From the NCBI RefSeq assembly GCF_009914755.1, contig NC_060944.1: DNA of 64,000 bases; one strand, given 5' to 3'. The translations under genes were made by a program, and so were the position numbers. Shown here piece by piece: positions 13,740 to 25,610 of the stretch. Under the pieces are notes generated by a model that did no database searches, was not told the origin of the DNA, and was given only the letters and a program-made list of their open reading frames with translations. Positions within the stretch are counted from its first letter, which is position 1. Each line of letters starts with the position of its first letter. Origin of the DNA: the human T2T-CHM13v2.0 reference genome, Homo sapiens.

Positions 13740-14885
13740 CTTCTCAAACACCTTCTCCTCTGGGCTCCCCAATGCTGCATTTTCTCATTTGCCACCCTGC
13801 TTCACTGCTTGCTCCCGGCAGGTCTCCTGTTTTGCTTTTTCTGCTGCGGCTGGTCCTCTCAACGCAAGTGTACTATCAGGCTCTGCCTCATTCCTATTCT
13901 TGTCTGGAGCTCCATCTAGTCCCAGAGCATTAACCACTACCACTGATTCTCAAATGTAACTCTCGACCCAGATCAATTTCCAGCTGCCTTCCTGATATTT
14001 CTATTTGGATGTCCAATAGGTATTTCTAATCTACAAGTCCTAAACGGAGCCTGTGCTACCCACGCCTCTGCCTCTCCCCTTGCCTGCCTTGCTTCAGTAG
14101 ATGGTCACACATCTAGGAGTTATCCTTGACTCCTCTCTCTTCTTTGCCTTCCCCATCCAATCCATTAGCCATGCCTGTCAACTTTACCTGCAAAACATAT
14201 TCTGGAATAGCCAATTCCCTTCATGTCCTCATGCCCTGGTCCGAGCCAGCATCACCCCTCACCTGCAGGCTGCAGCAGCCTCTGGGCTGATCATGCCGCT
14301 CTCAACTTGCATCCCTCCAAACCTACCACACGGCAGCTGGAGGATCTTTTAAAAGCATTAATCAGATTACATCACTCAACTGCTTAAAACTCTCAAAGGG
14401 CATCCCCTTGTGCTTACAACAAATCCAAGCCCTTTGCTCTGGTTTATAAGGTGCTGTGTGACTGGGGTTTTTTTCTGTCAGTTTCTCTTACTCCATCCAT
14501 ATCCCTCTCTCCCTTGCTCACTCTGCTCTCGTCACATTGCCCTGCCTTTGCCCTTGAACCTACTGAGCTCGGTCCCACTGTGTTCCCTCTGCTCAGAACT
14601 TCTCTCCCTTGATCTTCTCTTCCTTTAGCTATCTGCTGGGGGGGGGTCACTTCCTCCGAGAGGCCTTCCCTGAGTACTCAACAATAAAGCCACTCCAGAC
14701 ACCACTGCATCCCTCTCTTCTTGCTTTTTGCTGAGCATGACAGGTTTTTTTTTTTGCTTTCCTCCATATAATTACAAACTCCACATAAGAAGGAATGTTA
14801 CCTGTCTTGTTCATTGCTGTATTTTCAGTGCCAAGAATGGTACCTGAATCATAGAAGATGATTATTATTTGCTGATTGAATTAAT
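13740..14885 (+). mobile_element. L2 fragments
   Basis: Pyrimidine-rich text with L2-type motifs (atccaatccattagcc, tttaaaagcattaatcagattacatcactc, tcattgctgtattttcagtgcc). Confidence 0.55.
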
Positions 14886-14994
14886 GAGTTGTATTTTTTA
14901 CAGTTACCTTTGATGTATGACAGGTGTCACTTTTTTTTCCATTTTAGATGGTGACATAGGTTTCCTTTTAAGAAGAAAGCAAAAAAAAATTCTG

Positions 14995-16210
14995 ATAAGA
15001 GACTTGAATATATAAGGAACTCTTATAACTCAACAATAAAAAGACAAATACAATGAAAACATGAGCAGAGAATTTGAACAGACATTTCTCCAAAGAAGAC
15101 ATACAAATTGCCAATAAGCACATGAAAAGATGCTCAACATCATTAGTCATTAGGGAAACACAAATCAAAACCACAATGAGATACCATTGCATTTCAAACT
15201 ACAATGTGATTATCACTTTACTAGAACGGCTAAACCTGGTGAAATTGGAATGCTTGTACATCACTGGTGGGATTGTAAAATGGTGCAGCCACTTAGGAAA
15301 TAGTCCATCAGTTCCTCAAAAAGTTAAACTTGGTGTTGTCACATGACCCAGCAATTCCTTTGCTTGGTATATACCCAAGAAAAATGACAACATACGTCCA
15401 TACAAATACTTGTACACAAATATCGATAGTAGCATTATTTAAAAATAGTCAAGAAGTAGAAAAAACTCAAATGTCTGTCAATGGATGAATGGCTGAACAA
15501 AATGTGGTATGTACATACAATGGAATAGCATTTGGCCATAAAAAGAGATGGAGTACTGACACAGGCTGCAACATGGGGAATCTTGAAAACCGTGTGCTAA
15601 TTGAGAGAAGACATTCACGAAAGGTCACCTATTGTATGATTCCATTTATATGAAATGTCCAGAATGGACAAATCCAGAGAAAAAAAAGTCAGTGGTTTCC
15701 AGGGGCTGGGGTAGGGAAGAATGGGAAGAGGCTGATAAAAGGTACAGGATTTCTTTTTGGAGGAAATGAGAAATGTTCTGAAATTCAATAGCAGTGGTGC
15801 TTGCATGACTCTGTGAATATACTAAAAACCACTGAATTATACATTTTAAAAGGGTGAATTTGGCCGGGCTTGGTGGCTCATGCCTGTGACCCCAGCACTT
15901 TGGAAGGCTGAGGAGGGAGGGTTGTTTGAGGCCAGGAGTTTGAGACCAGCCTGGACAACATAGCAACACCTCATCTCTACAAAAAAATACAAAAATTAGC
16001 TGGGCATGCTGGCTCACACCTGTAGTTCCAGCTACTTGGAAGACTGAGGCAGGAGGATCACTTGAGCCCAGGAGGCCAAGGCTGTAGTAAGCCATGATTG
16101 TACTACTGCACTCCAGCCTGGGTGACAGAGTGAGACCCTGTCTCAATAAAAAAAGGGTGAATTTTATACTATGTGAATTATATCTCAATAAAGCTGTTAT
16201 AAAAATAAAG
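14995..16210 (+). mobile_element. Old L1 (L1MB-like) ORF2 end and 3' UTR, interrupted by an Alu
   Basis: ORF 15074-15346 [37 protein letters not shown] is an L1 ORF2 C-terminal motif; ends atctcaataaagctgttataaaaataaa. Confidence 0.9.
15862..16153 (+). mobile_element. AluJ-like inside L1
   Basis: Dimer; TSD aaaagggtgaattt. Confidence 0.92.
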
Positions 16211-17020
16211 TGAAGAAAAATGATAATTTAAAGAAAAAGGCCAACAGCCCCAGTACAGGGACACATGGATCTTTGGCAAAGTCATAGAAGACTCATGTGA
16301 ATGACTGAAGTTGGTTTGTAGGCTTATAAGGATAAACTGCAGACATCCTAGTTTAACATTGAAGACCTATGCTTAACTCTAGCTTCGTGTGCTGCCCTTT
16401 TTAAAATGACTATGTTGACCTTATCCCTATTTCTGGAACACTTAGGAATCTTTCAAGCTGCTTTGTCTTTGCAAATTTTGGGCCCTCCCTGGGATGTCCC
16501 TTCTCCTTTTCTTCATCTGGTTGAACCCAAGTCAATATAGGTGGGCTTGATAGGGGATGGGGCATGTGCCAGGCACTGAGCTTGGTGCTGGTGAGACAGT
16601 GCAGAGGACTAAGACAGATATGGTCTGGGGCCTTGGCTGGCTCCCAGACAGCGTGAGGAGACAGATGAGGACCTGCCACACCCACACTGGGCTGCAGGAA
16701 TGCAGTAGAAGAACCTAACACAGCCTGAGAGATCAGAGAAGGCTTCCCCAGAAAGGGACGCTTCAGCTGAGTAGTTGGCCAGGCAAAGAAGAGGGGAGGA
16801 GTGCCCCAGATGGAGGGAACAGTCTGGGCGAAAGCCTCAAGACAGCGCGCAGCAAGTTGGAGGAATCCTCAGAAGGTGGGTGTGGCTGGAACACAGCCCA
16901 GAAGGTGGTGAGTGCTGAGAAACGGTCCTAGAGAGAAAGCCGGAGCCTGGGGATCAGGGCCCTCATAGGCCATGCCAAGGAATCTGGATACTTGCAGAGC
17001 TCAGTTAGATTGCATACAAC

Positions 17021-17168
17021 ACTAGCTGGGTGTGGTGGCGCACCCCTGTAGTCCCAGCTACTCAGGAGGCTGAGGCAGGAGAATCGCTTCAACTCCAGAG
17101 GCAGAGGTTGCAGTGAGCCGAGATTGCATCACTGCACTCCAGCCTGGGCAACAGAGTGAGACTCTGTC

Positions 17169-17200
<32 letters not shown>
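17021..17200 (+). mobile_element. 5'-truncated Alu (right arm) with A30 tail
   Basis: TSD agattgcatacaac / agattccatacaac. Confidence 0.88.
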
Positions 17201-17202
<2 letters not shown>

Positions 17203-18673
17203 TTCCATACAACTCCAAATGATGGCTGTTTGACTATTTTTTCTTCACATCACGGATCACCCCTGCCGTTATACATCCATCTGTTGATTGTCTTTCCCCC
17301 TACTAGAAAGGACAAGGACTTTGTGCTGTTCACTGCTGTGTCCCCAACAGCCAGAAGAGTGCCTGGCTCACGCAGACACTCAATAAATACGTATTGAATG
17401 CATGACTTTACTGGCCTGTGTCCTCTGCTTACTGAGTTATTGAAAGTCAGGGACCTGTTGGATTCATCATTGCGTCCCCAGGGCCTAGCACAGAGCTTGA
17501 TGCACATGCTGTTTAATAAATATTGAAAGAATAAATGAATGGAAAAACGTCTTCCCCAATGTGTTACACACTCCCGCAGGGCCGGGACTATTTGATTTAT
17601 GTATCTAGCGCCCAACACATTGCCTGGCAGAAAGCAGACCCTCAATAAAGGTTTGTTGAGCTAGACAAGAGTCTCTTCTGCATGCGGGCCCTTGTCAGGC
17701 CTGTCATGGGAGCTCAAATAAAGGCAACCAGACCCTATACTACTGGATCAGGCAGAAAGAGATACCTTGTTGGCAAAGGATCTTAGGACCCTGGAGTCAT
17801 AGGCTGTGCAGGCAGGATCAGCCTGCATGTGTAGGGTGGCCAGAGAGACCAAAGAGGGCTTCCCGGGGGTCAGGAATCCTGCCTTTGTTTATGTCCCCTA
17901 GCACTGCCCTTCTCTGGCAACTGGCAGGCAGCCCCACCAATGAGGTTTGGGCACAGCTGGGGGTGGAATGGGATGGGACAGATGGTGGGAGACAAGGAAA
18001 CCCCCATGTTTTCCTCCATCTGTTACATTTAATTGACTTCCCGCAGAAAGAAAAAAAAATAAACCAGTTGCAAGGATGAAATTGCTAATTAAAAGGCCCT
18101 CTGATTAGATAGACAAATATTTACCAATTATGCCTGACCCTGCCTGTCCCCTTTTACGTCTGCGAACTCCCCCATCAGCACTGTGGCCACATCATACCCA
18201 GCTGGTGGCTCTTCCACCAATCACTCTCTTGGGGCTCAGACTGGCTGCGGGTGAAATAGGGTAGAAGAAAGGTGAATACTGCAAACAGCCGTTCAACAAA
18301 CGCGATGCCTGTTGCATGGTCAGGCTTAGTGCTGGGCCCCTGGAAGCCATAGCAGAATTTCCATGGACAGCCTTTCAAGTTGTGTGCTGCACAAAGGTGC
18401 ACCTGCAGGAGAGTGGGGGCTCCCCCTGTCAACCTGGGACCCCTGGCACCAGGCAAGGGGGATTTTTATTTTCTTTGCGCAACGGGTCATTAGCTTGCCA
18501 AGCTGAATCCACAGGATTTTGCCTGCCCAGAGGGGGTACCTTTTTCTAATTCACACAGAATGGGCTAGTGGCAGCTCTACAGAGATGAAGATAGTTCAGT
18601 TCCTGATCCTCAAGGGCTCTAGGGATAGTGGGGGAGAAAAATATGCCTATGATGTATAAACATTCATGTGTGA

Positions 18674-18973
18674 TTTTTTTTCTTTTTTCTTTTCTTTTTT
18701 TTTTGAGGACAGGGTCTCACTGTGTCACCCAGGCTGAGTGCAGTGGCACGATTACGACTTGCTGCAGCCTTGAGACCCCTCTCTCCCCAGCAGCCTCCTG
18801 AGGAGCTGGGATTACTGGTGTGCATCACCATGCCTGGCTAATTTTTCATTTTTTGTAGAGACAAGATCTCTCTATGTTACCCAGGCTGGTCTCGAACTCC
18901 TGGATGCAAGCAATCCTCCTGCCTCAGCCTCCCAAAGTCCTGGGATTACAAGTGTGAGCTACCATGCCTGGCT
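18674..18973 (-). mobile_element. AluJ-like
   Basis: Antisense diverged dimer. Confidence 0.88.
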
Positions 18974-19199
18974 TAAACATTCATTCAATAAACATTTCTT
19001 GTTTACTGGCCACTAATGTTTGCCAAGCACTGTACTAGATTCTGGGAGAGAGAGAGATGAGTAATATATGTTTCCTGCCCTCCAGAAGCCGGGCTATTTG
19101 GGGGAGACAGAGATACTTACCTGGGTCTGCCCTTCCTTTTTCCCCTTCCCTTTTTTAATTCCAAATAATCTTCACCTGGGAGGTATGAATAACCGCTCT

Positions 19200-19402
19200 G
19201 GACTCTCACCATTCAAATCCTGGCTTTACCGTGTCTTGGCTGTGTGACCTTGGGCAAGTTATCTCACCTCTCTGTGCCTCAGGTTGCCTCTCTGTAAACT
19301 GGAGATAATGGTAACTGCATCCCAGGGTTATTATAATGATTAAATAAATTAGCACATGGAATTCATGCCTGACACGGAGTGCTCAGTAAAGGTTAGCTAT
19401 TG
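19200..19402 (+). mobile_element. MIR
   Basis: ttcaaatcctggc...tgtgtgaccttgggcaagttatctcacctctctgtgcctcagg...gctcagtaaaggttagctatt. Confidence 0.8.
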
Positions 19403-20177
19403 TGTGACTGTTTCTTTTTTTTTTTTGAGTGCCTACTGTGTGCCAGGCCCTGAGTCCTGGGGATACAGAACTGTTACCAGTTCATTTCCTCTCCCTTCAG
19501 AGCTCACAGTGCGGAACACACAGAGAAACCCACCAACACACAGGCAGGCTCACACATACTCAGGCCTTGCTGAAAGAAAGTTGTGGTGGCAGGGTGTGGT
19601 TCTAGAATGAATGAGTCTTAGCTTGGAAGTCAGAAGATTTGGGGTTGTCTTAAGTCCAAGATAGGGAAACGGAATGATTGCCTGGTAAGGTAACGATCTC
19701 TACATCACTGGAGGTATGTAAACCAAAGTGTGAAGTTGCCAGAGAGAGGCTTCTTGGCTGTGGGAGAAAAGTAGGTCAATTCTGGTACGATCGTCCCCTC
19801 CTGGGACAGTGAGACAAGCTTCCCAGGACCAGCTGGGGAGCCCTAGAGAAGCCCGGCACTGGCAATGTCCTGAGAGTCCATTCCTGGAGCCAAGGGACCC
19901 AGGCTTCCTACCGTGTATGTCCATTTCCTGGGCAAGGCACTGGATGGCAGGACCATAAGCAGAGGCAGGAAAGGGCAACTTCCAGCCTCTTGCAGAAGGC
20001 CTGATTGCGGGGGCAGTCAGTTGGGATTGCTCAGCCCTGAAGCAGAGACTGAGAACCCCGCCTGCCTGTGTGACCACCATCCATGTCCACTCCCTCTCTG
20101 AGCTTCAGTTTCTCCACCGGTAAAATGGGAAGAGAATGGACCAGAGAGTATTTTTCTCCCATTCCCAAATTACAGAG

Positions 20178-20488
20178 TTTTTTTTTTTTTTTTTAAGACA
20201 GGTCTTGCTGTATCACCCAGGCTGGAGTGCAGTGGTGTGATCATAGCTCACTGCAGCCTTGACCTCCTGGACTCAGGTGATCCTCCTGTCTTAGCCTCCC
20301 TAGTAACTGGGACTATAGGCACAGGCCACCATGCCTGGCTAATTTTGTATTTTTATTTTTTGGTAGTAACAGAGTCTCCCTGTGTTGTGCAGGCTGGTCT
20401 CAAACTCCTGGCCTCAAGCGATCCTCCTGCCTGCCCTCAAGCGATCCTCCTGCCTTGGGATTACAGGTGTGAGCTGCCATGTCCAGTC
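20178..20488 (-). mobile_element. AluJ-like with internal duplication of cctcaagcgatcctcctgcct
   Basis: Antisense dimer; duplicated ~21-mer at 20412-20455. Confidence 0.88.
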
Positions 20489-21741
20489 CACAGACAACAT
20501 GTATTGAGTGCTCACTACATGCCAAGCACTGGGCTAAGCCTGTTGCATGTAGCATCTTGTTTACATTTCACAATAATCAAGGGGGCAGGCATCTGCCTGC
20601 TTTACAGATGAGGAAACCAAGGCCCTCAGCAGTAAAGTAAATTTTCCAAGTTCACTCAGCATGGGAATGATAGACACAGGTTTGTAATCCAGGTCTTGTT
20701 GACATTGAAACCTGGGATGCTAGTAACCCTACCCTGCTGCCTGTCAGTCCTGCCAGGCTTTCCAGGACGGCCCCCACCCTGAGCCACATCCCCAGGAACA
20801 CTCTGCCACTCCCTATCCCCCTCCTGGGCTCATACCATGAAAGCCCCATGCAGAGCCTGCTACTCTAGAGGGATATATATTATCTAAATTTGATAAGACA
20901 ACTCAATTTCACTCCGTGTCTGTTACCGGCGATAAAACCAGGAGACTTTTATGACCCAGCATCCTCAGCAAGATTGTCAGGAACTTATTATACAAGGTCT
21001 AACTGGATTTCTCTCTGCAGATGGCTGGGAGCCATGGGCTGGAACGCAATTCGGCAACACATTTGGGGAAATAAATGCAAAATGCTTGTTCCAGAGACTT
21101 AGATAAGGCAGCAGGCCTCCAAGCTCCCCAAGAATCGGATCTGCTTTTCCTGGGCCCTGAAGGGCGATTTGGGGAGGATTTACGCTGTCGGAGGAGGAGG
21201 GAATGGCGGGCTCTTTCTCCCCTCATCCCTTGACTCTTCTTGCCCCAGGGAAGGAATGTGAGCGCACCTGAGACTTGTGTGAGTTCAGCAACTGTAATTC
21301 CCTGAGAGGTAGCAATTCAGAGTAGACCTGGGGGTGGGAGGACAGGATGGTGGGCAGTGGTGAGACCAAGGTTATGAGGACTGTGTGCATTGAAAGAGGG
21401 GTGCAGGATGATCAAAACGATGGGGAACTGGGTCTTCACTAGCTGCTCGGGATCTGCCATAGAGTCACTCCTTACTGCCCTGAGAGGCCCGCGTCCTTCC
21501 CAAACACACCTCTAGGACTGGTGTGGCCCCCATAAACTGGGTTCCCAAACAGACCCCATTCCTTGGATGTGAGTTCACATCCAGATTCAGATGACCCCCG
21601 TACATAAGCTCACAGATACTCCAAGATTTTGAGGTTCACTGTGAGGGCGCTCCAAATTCATGGCTTACCTCAAATTCTGATCTCTCGCAGGCGTGGGCTC
21701 ATAGACGGGCTTGCGGTCCATCTCAGCTTTCACAGCATCCA

Positions 21742-21800
21742 TGCGATTTTTGCCATTGGAAGGAATGGCAACAACCACATTCACTTTTGCACCCACCTAA
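21742..21800. mobile_element. Partial MADE1 (Hsmar1 MITE)
   Basis: tgcgatttttgccatt..aatggcaacaaccacattcacttttgcacccacctaa followed by TA; the outer part of the left TIR is missing. Confidence 0.8.
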
Positions 21801-22213
21801 TAGATCTGCCGAATCTTGAGGTTGGAGCTTTACAAGAGCCAGCCCCAAATTCAGGGTTCATTCTCTAGTGCAGACATCCCCCAAACCTCTGCTCACACAC
21901 AGATCTGGCATAACCCCAGATTCAGTTAGCTGCCCAAGCTAGACTCCAGCCCTCTAGCTACCAGCAGCATCTGAGAGTTACCCCCTCAACAAGCTCATAC
22001 CAAGCCTTGAGGATCTGGCACCTCCAGTCCCAGGCTCCGGTCCTTGTGCAGGGAAGCTGCTGCAACACCACTGATCTGGGAAGTTTGAGGTCTGCCCTTG
22101 CGCACCTGCCCTGTGACTCTAAGCTCTTTCTACGGGGCCAGGAAGGCGGCGGAGACATTTTTATCTGTCCCTGGGCTCCCCGATGCTTCAATGGACTCCA
22201 GTACCAGAAGCCC

Positions 22214-22505
22214 TTTTTTTTTTTGAGTCGGAGTCTCGCTCTGTTGCCCAGGCTGGAGTGCAGCGGCACAATCTTGGCCCACTGCAACCTCCGCCTCCCC
22301 GGTTGAAGCGATACCTCCTGCCTCATCCTCCTGGGAAGCTGGGATTACAGGTGCACACCACCACACCTGGCTAATTTTTCTATTTTTAGTAGAGACAGGG
22401 TTTCACCATGTTGGCCAGCTGGTCTTGAACTCCTGACCTCAGGTGATCCACCCACCTCGGCCTCCCAAAGTGCTGGGATTACAGGCGTGAGCCACTACGC
22501 CTGGC
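22214..22505 (-). mobile_element. AluS
   Basis: Antisense dimer. Confidence 0.92.
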
Positions 22506-23931
22506 ATGGGAGCTTTGTCTCATTCTTTCAGCCCTCCCTTACCTCTTCCCATGTAGAGTTCCATCCCAACTAGGTCCTTTGCCTCCAGTTTTTGGAGGGA
22601 AAGGGTAACATTTGCCAAGCATCCTCTGTTGTACCAGGGCCTGGCAAGTCTGTGCTTTCATTGAACTCTTACCACAACCTTTCAGGCTAGATTTTTATAA
22701 TACCCACTTTGCAGATGAGGAAATGGAGGCACAAGGAGGTTAAGCCACTTGCCCAAGAGCACACAGCCCAGAAGAGTGGGAGCTTTGTATCTGCCAGGAT
22801 GCTGCCCCAGGTCTTGGAGCAGAGCTTGGGAATGCCCTTGGGATTTGGAGTTCGGTGGCGGGGGTGGGGGGCTGTTGCCTAGGTGGCACGCTGGGGAGGG
22901 TATGCTGTTGCTGAATCTAAGCTTGTATTATTTCCACACTGGCAAAACGAATTATTTTCAGTAGACAGGAGGATGGGGTGGGGTATGGGAGTGGAGGACA
23001 TTGCGGTGAGACCAAGAGCACTGGCTGCCAGGGCCAGTCACTTGGGGGAAAGGGCAGGGGCTGGCCTTTGCCAGAAGACAGAGATGGATGGTCTGGATCC
23101 CAGGCTTAGGTTACCTAAGGGCAGACCAAGACTCAGCTCCTGCATTGGGGGTGGTGGTGGTGGTGTCAGAAATCACTGGAGAAGCCAGGAGGGGGGGCCT
23201 ACCCCAGCTTGGGTGAAGGCCAGGAAGTCTGTGGGGCCTCTGGAATACTAATGGCCTCCGGCGGGTCCTGCAGGATGCAGCAGGCAGGCTGGAGTCTATT
23301 TGTCTCTCCATTCTCAACACTGCAGTTTCCTGGAGAGGGGTGATGGGGACCAGGGAGTGAGGACGAGGCTTGGACCAGGGTCTTCGGCTGAACAAGAGCC
23401 AGGCTGCAGTGGGAAACACATGCGTGCTGGAACTGGGCTCTACCACTTCCTAGCTGTGTGACCTCAGACAAATCACTTCATCTCTCTGGGCCTCAGGTAC
23501 GTGTAAACAGGTACAATGATGCTGACCTGAGGGTTGGTGAGGAAGGCGCACAGTGCGTGCTGGCTCAGGAGACGGCGCTCTCTGTTATAAAGCCGTTACC
23601 ATCCTGCACGTAACAGGCAGGTCCTGAAAATCACCTCCAAGGCGGGTAGAGCCCGAAAATCCCCCAAATCCTCTGGCTAAGAGTGATTTTATTTTATTTT
23701 TTAAAAAGAAATAAGGAATATAATCCTCAAAAGATTTTCCCTTTTGGCTCTAAAAAAAAATCTAATATCTTCATTTCCATCCCCCCCTTTATAAGCTAAT
23801 TTGTTGAAAATTAAAATGGGGAACTCACCAAGGCTGGCATTTTAATTGAATCTTGTCTGGTGTCCTCTCTAGGATTCCCTGGCTGGCGTCCTCCATTCAA
23901 TCCTCCCTGCTCCATTTAGCCCGGTTCCCAA

Positions 23932-23975
23932 CCTTGGTGGGGCCTCGGCGGGACCTTGGTGGGACCTTGGTGGGG
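23932..23975. repeat. 11-bp tandem repeat (ccttggtggg[a/g]) x4
   Basis: ccttggtgggg cctcggcggga ccttggtggga ccttggtgggg. Confidence 0.8.
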
Positions 23976-24399
23976 CCTGGGACTGGCCCCTAGGGCCCAA
24001 GTGACTTTCCATCACGAAAAAGGAGCTTCAGCCTGGCCCCTGCCTACTCCTAGGGGTCATGGGGTCAGAGGGGCCCAGGGCACAATTTCTGATCTGTGCG
24101 AGGCCCCCTGCTGGCTGCGCCTGTTTCCTCACCTGGAGATGGGATTCATCTGAATGACTTCACCTAGGACCCAGTACTCCTGGCACAGCCAGCAGATCAA
24201 TACCCAGTGTTTTGTCCTCACTCACCTCCAAGATCTGGGGGGCTCCCAAAGCGGGGGAAAGCAGGGCTGCCTCGAGCTGCTCCTAGGCCCCCACAGGAGA
24301 GCTTCTCTTGCATCCATCCATCCATGGGTCATCCAGCCGCAGGTTAGAAAGCCAGTTAGCGGCTTCCCCCACTTTCAGGGATTTTGGTAATAATAATAA

Positions 24400-24699
<300 letters not shown>

Positions 24700-24794
24700 A
24701 AACAATGCTTCTTGAGTACTTAAGTCCTGTCAGACATGCTACCTGCAGAGTCTTATTTTGTGCTCATAACAACCCAAAGAGGAAGGAACTATCG

Positions 24795-25087
24795 TTATTA
24801 TTATATTATTGAGACAGGGTCTCACTGCCACCCAGGCCTGGAGTGCAGTGGTGCAACTGTAGCTCACTGCAGCCTTGAACTCCTGGGGTCAAACAATCCT
24901 CCTGCTTCAGTATCCTGAGCAGCTAGGACTACAGGCCCATGCCACCAAGCCTGCCTAATTTTTATTTTTAGAGACAGGGGTCTCGCTATGTTGCCCAGGC
25001 TGGTCTCAAACTCCTGGCCTCAAGACAGCCTCCTGCCTAGGCCTCCCAAAGCCCTAGGATTACAGGTGTGAACTGTAGTGCTTGGTC
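24795..25087 (-). mobile_element. AluJ-like within a MIR
   Basis: TSD ggaaggaactat. Confidence 0.9.
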
Positions 25088-25264
25088 TGGAAGGAACTAT
25101 TATGATCTTCCCATTTTATGGGTGAAGAAACTGAGGCTCAGAGAGGATTAGTAACTCCCAAGGCCACGGAGCCAGATTTAATGGCAGAGCCCGGATTAGA
25201 AGTCAGGCCATCTCACCCCAGAGGCCCCCTCAACTCAGCCTCAGTTTCCTGATTTTGGATTAAA

Positions 25265-25610
25265 GTGCGTTTGCCCTGGCCCTGGGTTCCTGGCGTGTCC
25301 CTGGGCCCTCGCCGTACTGCCCTCTGCAGCCTGCCTTGTCCAGGACCGGCGGGCGGGCCAGGGACTGAGGGGAAGACAGGGGCTCTCCGTGCCTCATCGC
25401 CCTGTCCCCCACCCCGAGGCCCAGCCCAGAGGCGGGCTTCCTCCTCTGCCCCGCGGGGGGCCGCAATAATTGCTAATCAGCCACCGCTAATTATCCGGCC
25501 CATGGAGAGGTGAGCGCAGCAAGGGAGCGCGGAGGCGGCGCAGAACCCGGGTTCCAGCCCAGGCTCGCGCAGCGGGACGCTGGCACGACGCTCTTCATGC
25601 TCTTCGTTTC
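25265..25610. promoter_or_regulatory. Orphan CpG-rich segment
   Basis: Dense CpGs outside any repeat, GGGCGG boxes, TAAT motifs. Confidence 0.55.

Noticed and set aside
15074-15346. L1 ORF2-like peptide
   Set aside because: Short decayed fragment of an old L1, not an active gene
19113-19124. U1 snRNA 5'-end match as a possible U1 pseudogene
   Set aside because: Similarity stops after 12 nt; better read as a minus-strand 5' splice site
21530-22030. Loosely recurring ccaaattca/ccagattca words
   Set aside because: No consistent period by eye; cannot separate from chance
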